Source of the DNA: Trichodelitschia bisporula
Taxonomy: Eukaryota
DNA length: 64,000 nt
Reading direction: 5' to 3'
Assembly (NCBI GenBank): GCA_010356995.1
Contig: ML996704.1
Location: forward strand, 620,001-684,000
Shown here: positions 61,413 through 64,000 of the stretch, piece by piece
Layout of the letters: every line of letters begins with the position of its first letter
Numbering within the stretch: the stretch's first letter is position 1
The notes under the pieces: generated by a model
Database searches by the model: none
Told to the model about the DNA's origin: nothing
The model's input: only the letters and a program-made list of their open reading frames with translations
Made by a program: the position numbers and the translations under genes

Positions 61413-62669
61413 ATGACCGAACCCGCCCCCGATCTCCTCACCAGTACAATCGACCGGTTGATCACAAACCTAATCACCATAACAGACGACACGGGACACT
61501 TCCTCCTCCATCTCTCGGACGGCCGCGTCATCGACACCAAGGGCTGGAACGGGTGGGAATGGACGCACGGCATTGGGCTCTGGGGCCTCTACGCTTACCA
61601 TGAACTCCGGCCCGATGCCGCTGTACAACCACTATCCATCATTGAAGCGTGGTTCAAGAAGCAACTCCCCCAGGGCACGACAAAGAACATCAACACCATG
61701 TCCCCGTTCCTGACGCTCGCATCGCTGCCGCTGACACCGGAGTCCATGGCCACACTGGGCGAGTGGGCGGAGTGGGCCATGAATACCTGTCCCCGTACGC
61801 CCGCTGGAGGCTGGCAGCATGTCACGTACCTGTCCGAGCATGTGGGGCAGCTGTGGGCCGACACGCTGGTCATGACCGCTCTGCCGCTCGCAAAGATCGG
61901 GAAAGTCCTCGACCAGCCGGAGTACGTCGCTGAAGCGGCGCGGCAGTTTTTGGTGCATGTTGCGTTTTTGAGGGATAGTGAGACGGGGCTGTTTTTTCAT
62001 GGGTGGCAGTTCAATGAGGAGGGTGTCGGTGGGCACAATTTTGCGCGGGCGAGGTGGGCGAGGGGGAATGCTTGGGTGTGTATGGCTGTGCCGGAGATGC
62101 TGCGGATTGCAGGGTGGGAGGAGGGGGATGCGGTGCGGGAGTGGTTGGTGAGCGTGTACCGCATGCAGTGTGCGGCGCTCCGCGGGTGCCAGGCGAAGAG
62201 CGGGATGTGGCGTACGATATTGGATCGTCCGGAGGAGGAGGGGAGTTATGAAGAGTCGAGCGCGACGGCGGGGATTGCGTATGGGATATTGAAAGGGGTG
62301 GATATGGGGCTTTTGGATCGAACGTTTCTTCCGGTGGTTGGTCGGGCGGTTAAGGGGGTTATGGACAAGATTAATGAGGGGGGCGAGTTGGAGGGGACGA
62401 GTTTTGGGACGGGTATGGGGGATAGTCTTGAGCATTACTATGCGATTGAGAGAACTAGTATGCCGTATGGGCAGGCGTTGGCCATCATGTTGCTCGCGGA
62501 GGTTCTGAAGGCGGTGGAGGAAGGGTGGTGGGGTGGGGAGGATGGGGGTGGTTTGGGAATGTACCAGCAGGCCTTGATGGATTTAGATAGGAGGTGTAGG
62601 GCGCATGGTGAGCGTGAAAGGGCGCGAGAACGGGCAGGACGACAAGTGACGAGTGGAGTTCGTTTCTGA
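61413..62669 (+). CDS. GH105 (GH88-like) unsaturated rhamnogalacturonyl/glucuronyl hydrolase
   Basis: IDTKGWNGWEWTHGIGL, KNINTM, QLWADTL, TGLFFHGW, WARGNAW, YEESSATAG and MPYGQ. No signal peptide. Confidence 0.9.
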   Translation: MTEPAPDLLTSTIDRLITNLITITDDTGHFLLHLSDGRVIDTKGWNGWEWTHGIGLWGLYAYHELRPDAAVQPLSIIEAWFKKQLPQGTTKNINTMSPFLTLASLPLTPESMATLGEWAEWAMNTCPRTPAGGWQHVTYLSEHVGQLWADTLVMTALPLAKIGKVLDQPEYVAEAARQFLVHVAFLRDSETGLFFHGWQFNEEGVGGHNFARARWARGNAWVCMAVPEMLRIAGWEEGDAVREWLVSVYRMQCAALRGCQAKSGMWRTILDRPEEEGSYEESSATAGIAYGILKGVDMGLLDRTFLPVVGRAVKGVMDKINEGGELEGTSFGTGMGDSLEHYYAIERTSMPYGQALAIMLLAEVLKAVEEGWWGGEDGGGLGMYQQALMDLDRRCRAHGERERARERAGRQVTSGVRF

Positions 62670-63586
62670 ATACGCTTACGCTTGGACTTCGTGGAGCAGT
62701 GCGGCCTCGGATGAATTGAGGTCCGCTTAGGTTGTGGAGATCGTACATCTGCGGCCGAGGAGGTGGCTGGGGGACTGAGATGCAATGCATGTGCACATAG
62801 TCCGGAGCAAATTCCCTTCAAGCCCGGTTTTTTGGTTTGCAGCACCGAAATGCAATATGAAAGTCTAAACGTCGGATGGTGCTGTAGTTCTTCCTCTGGC
62901 TTCGAACTCCTGCGTGATATCGGAAGGCAATGGGAGCGAAGATGGAATACGAAGGCTCGTCTGTGGAAATTAAGTCTGAAGCTTGGAAGAGTGAGATTTT
63001 CTCAAGGGCCTGCCAATGCTTTTTAAGCCGTCAGCAAAGGGGAATCCATACCGCAAAATTCAATGGCGAGATGGCGCAGTGAGCCCTAGAAGAGATGAAG
63101 CCGAAATGGACATCACCAACCCACGTGATGCGACAACTCCCCCAAAGATACCCTCTCCAGACTTGAGTACTACTCACGTACTACTATAGCTTCCAGAAGT
63201 ACTCACTATCGACGCAGCATATCGTATCACAACGTCCACCGTCACTCTCCATCACCACAATGCAAATACCCCCTCACGAGACTTGCACAGCCTCCTTCGA
63301 ACCCCACAAGGCTGAAATCGCACGAATCCGCCTCGTCTCGGGTACCACCCGATACGAGCTCTCCGCAAACGAGATTGGCGGCCATCTTTCCAGAAGCCCA
63401 TACCACAGCCCCGGGCCCCACGCGTCCCCATCTCGGCTCAAACTCGTTGACAAATCAGCGCGTCGGCGAGGCGAGGCAGTGATACGATGACGAGGGGTAT
63501 ATATGCAGCCTTTTGCAGGATCGTCACGCATCCCTAGACACACATCACGCATCACACCTCACGCATTACCCATCGCAGCAGCATAA

Positions 63587-64000
63587 ATGGCCACCATCCT
63601 CCTCCTCCCCCTCGCCTTCGCGCTCAACCACCTCGACAACAAACGCACAACCAAGCGCTCCGCCGCCATCGAAGCTTCATATCAATCCACCACCATGGCC
63701 ACCGCACGGCAGCCCGCTCCTCCCTACACTTCCCTCCCCACATCCAACCCTACCGACACCGCCGCCGAACCAACCGACTCGCCGCTCAACGTCGACGTCA
63801 ATGCCCTGACGCTGGACGAAAAGGCCGAACTGCAAAGCCTGCGCTCTAGTATCTCCGCCCCGCCGGCCTATGCGCCTTCGCCTTTCACGCCTACCTCGAC
63901 GCTGCATATCGCGTGCCGCGGGCAGCCGCTCTTGCGCCTTCCCCTTGCGCCGACGGAGCTTGAGATCCCCATCCACGCCGCCGACGGGACGAGGGTATAC
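63587..64000 (+). CDS. Conserved fungal hypothetical protein, 3'-truncated
   Basis: Open frame from ATG 63587 (or 63694) to the window end, with PPAY, LHIACRGQPLLRLPLAP and IPI. TATA-like TATATAT at ~63498. Confidence 0.6.
   Translation, partial: MATILLLPLAFALNHLDNKRTTKRSAAIEASYQSTTMATARQPAPPYTSLPTSNPTDTAAEPTDSPLNVDVNALTLDEKAELQSLRSSISAPPAYAPSPFTPTSTLHIACRGQPLLRLPLAPTELEIPIHAADGTRVY

Overview
Gene-dense eukaryotic genomic DNA from a filamentous ascomycete (Pezizomycotina). The evidence is short 45-65 nt spliceosomal introns with GTRNGT donors, CTRAC branch points and YAG acceptors. About 25 protein-coding genes can be supported. Most are housekeeping: TRS120, EMC7, CRT10-like, Mis6/CENP-I, a mitochondrial RF-1/GGQ protein, a small SPT subunit, SEC22, an ASXH-domain protein, ELP5, snRNP27, glucosidase I, COG1, GPI13 and cyclophilin A. 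The rest are a divergent kinase, two MFS transporters, a secreted tyrosinase, a fungal transcription factor with no visible Zn cluster, and a GH105 hydrolase. There is one 55-N assembly gap. The most unusual feature is a non-coding tandem array of four ~470-600 bp degenerate units at ~29.2-31.3 kb. Its units share a multi-stem fold with compensatory and G-U-preserving changes and C(UUCG)G hairpins followed by T-runs, so it is a candidate undescribed structured RNA or element. Also notable are a tRNA-like Pol III unit at ~14.75-14.92 kb, apparent non-canonical introns (a GA donor in CRT10, a GC donor in SEC22), and a recurrent C-rich to G-rich strand-composition switch inside genes. All calls were made by eye without database searches, and exon boundaries are manual estimates.
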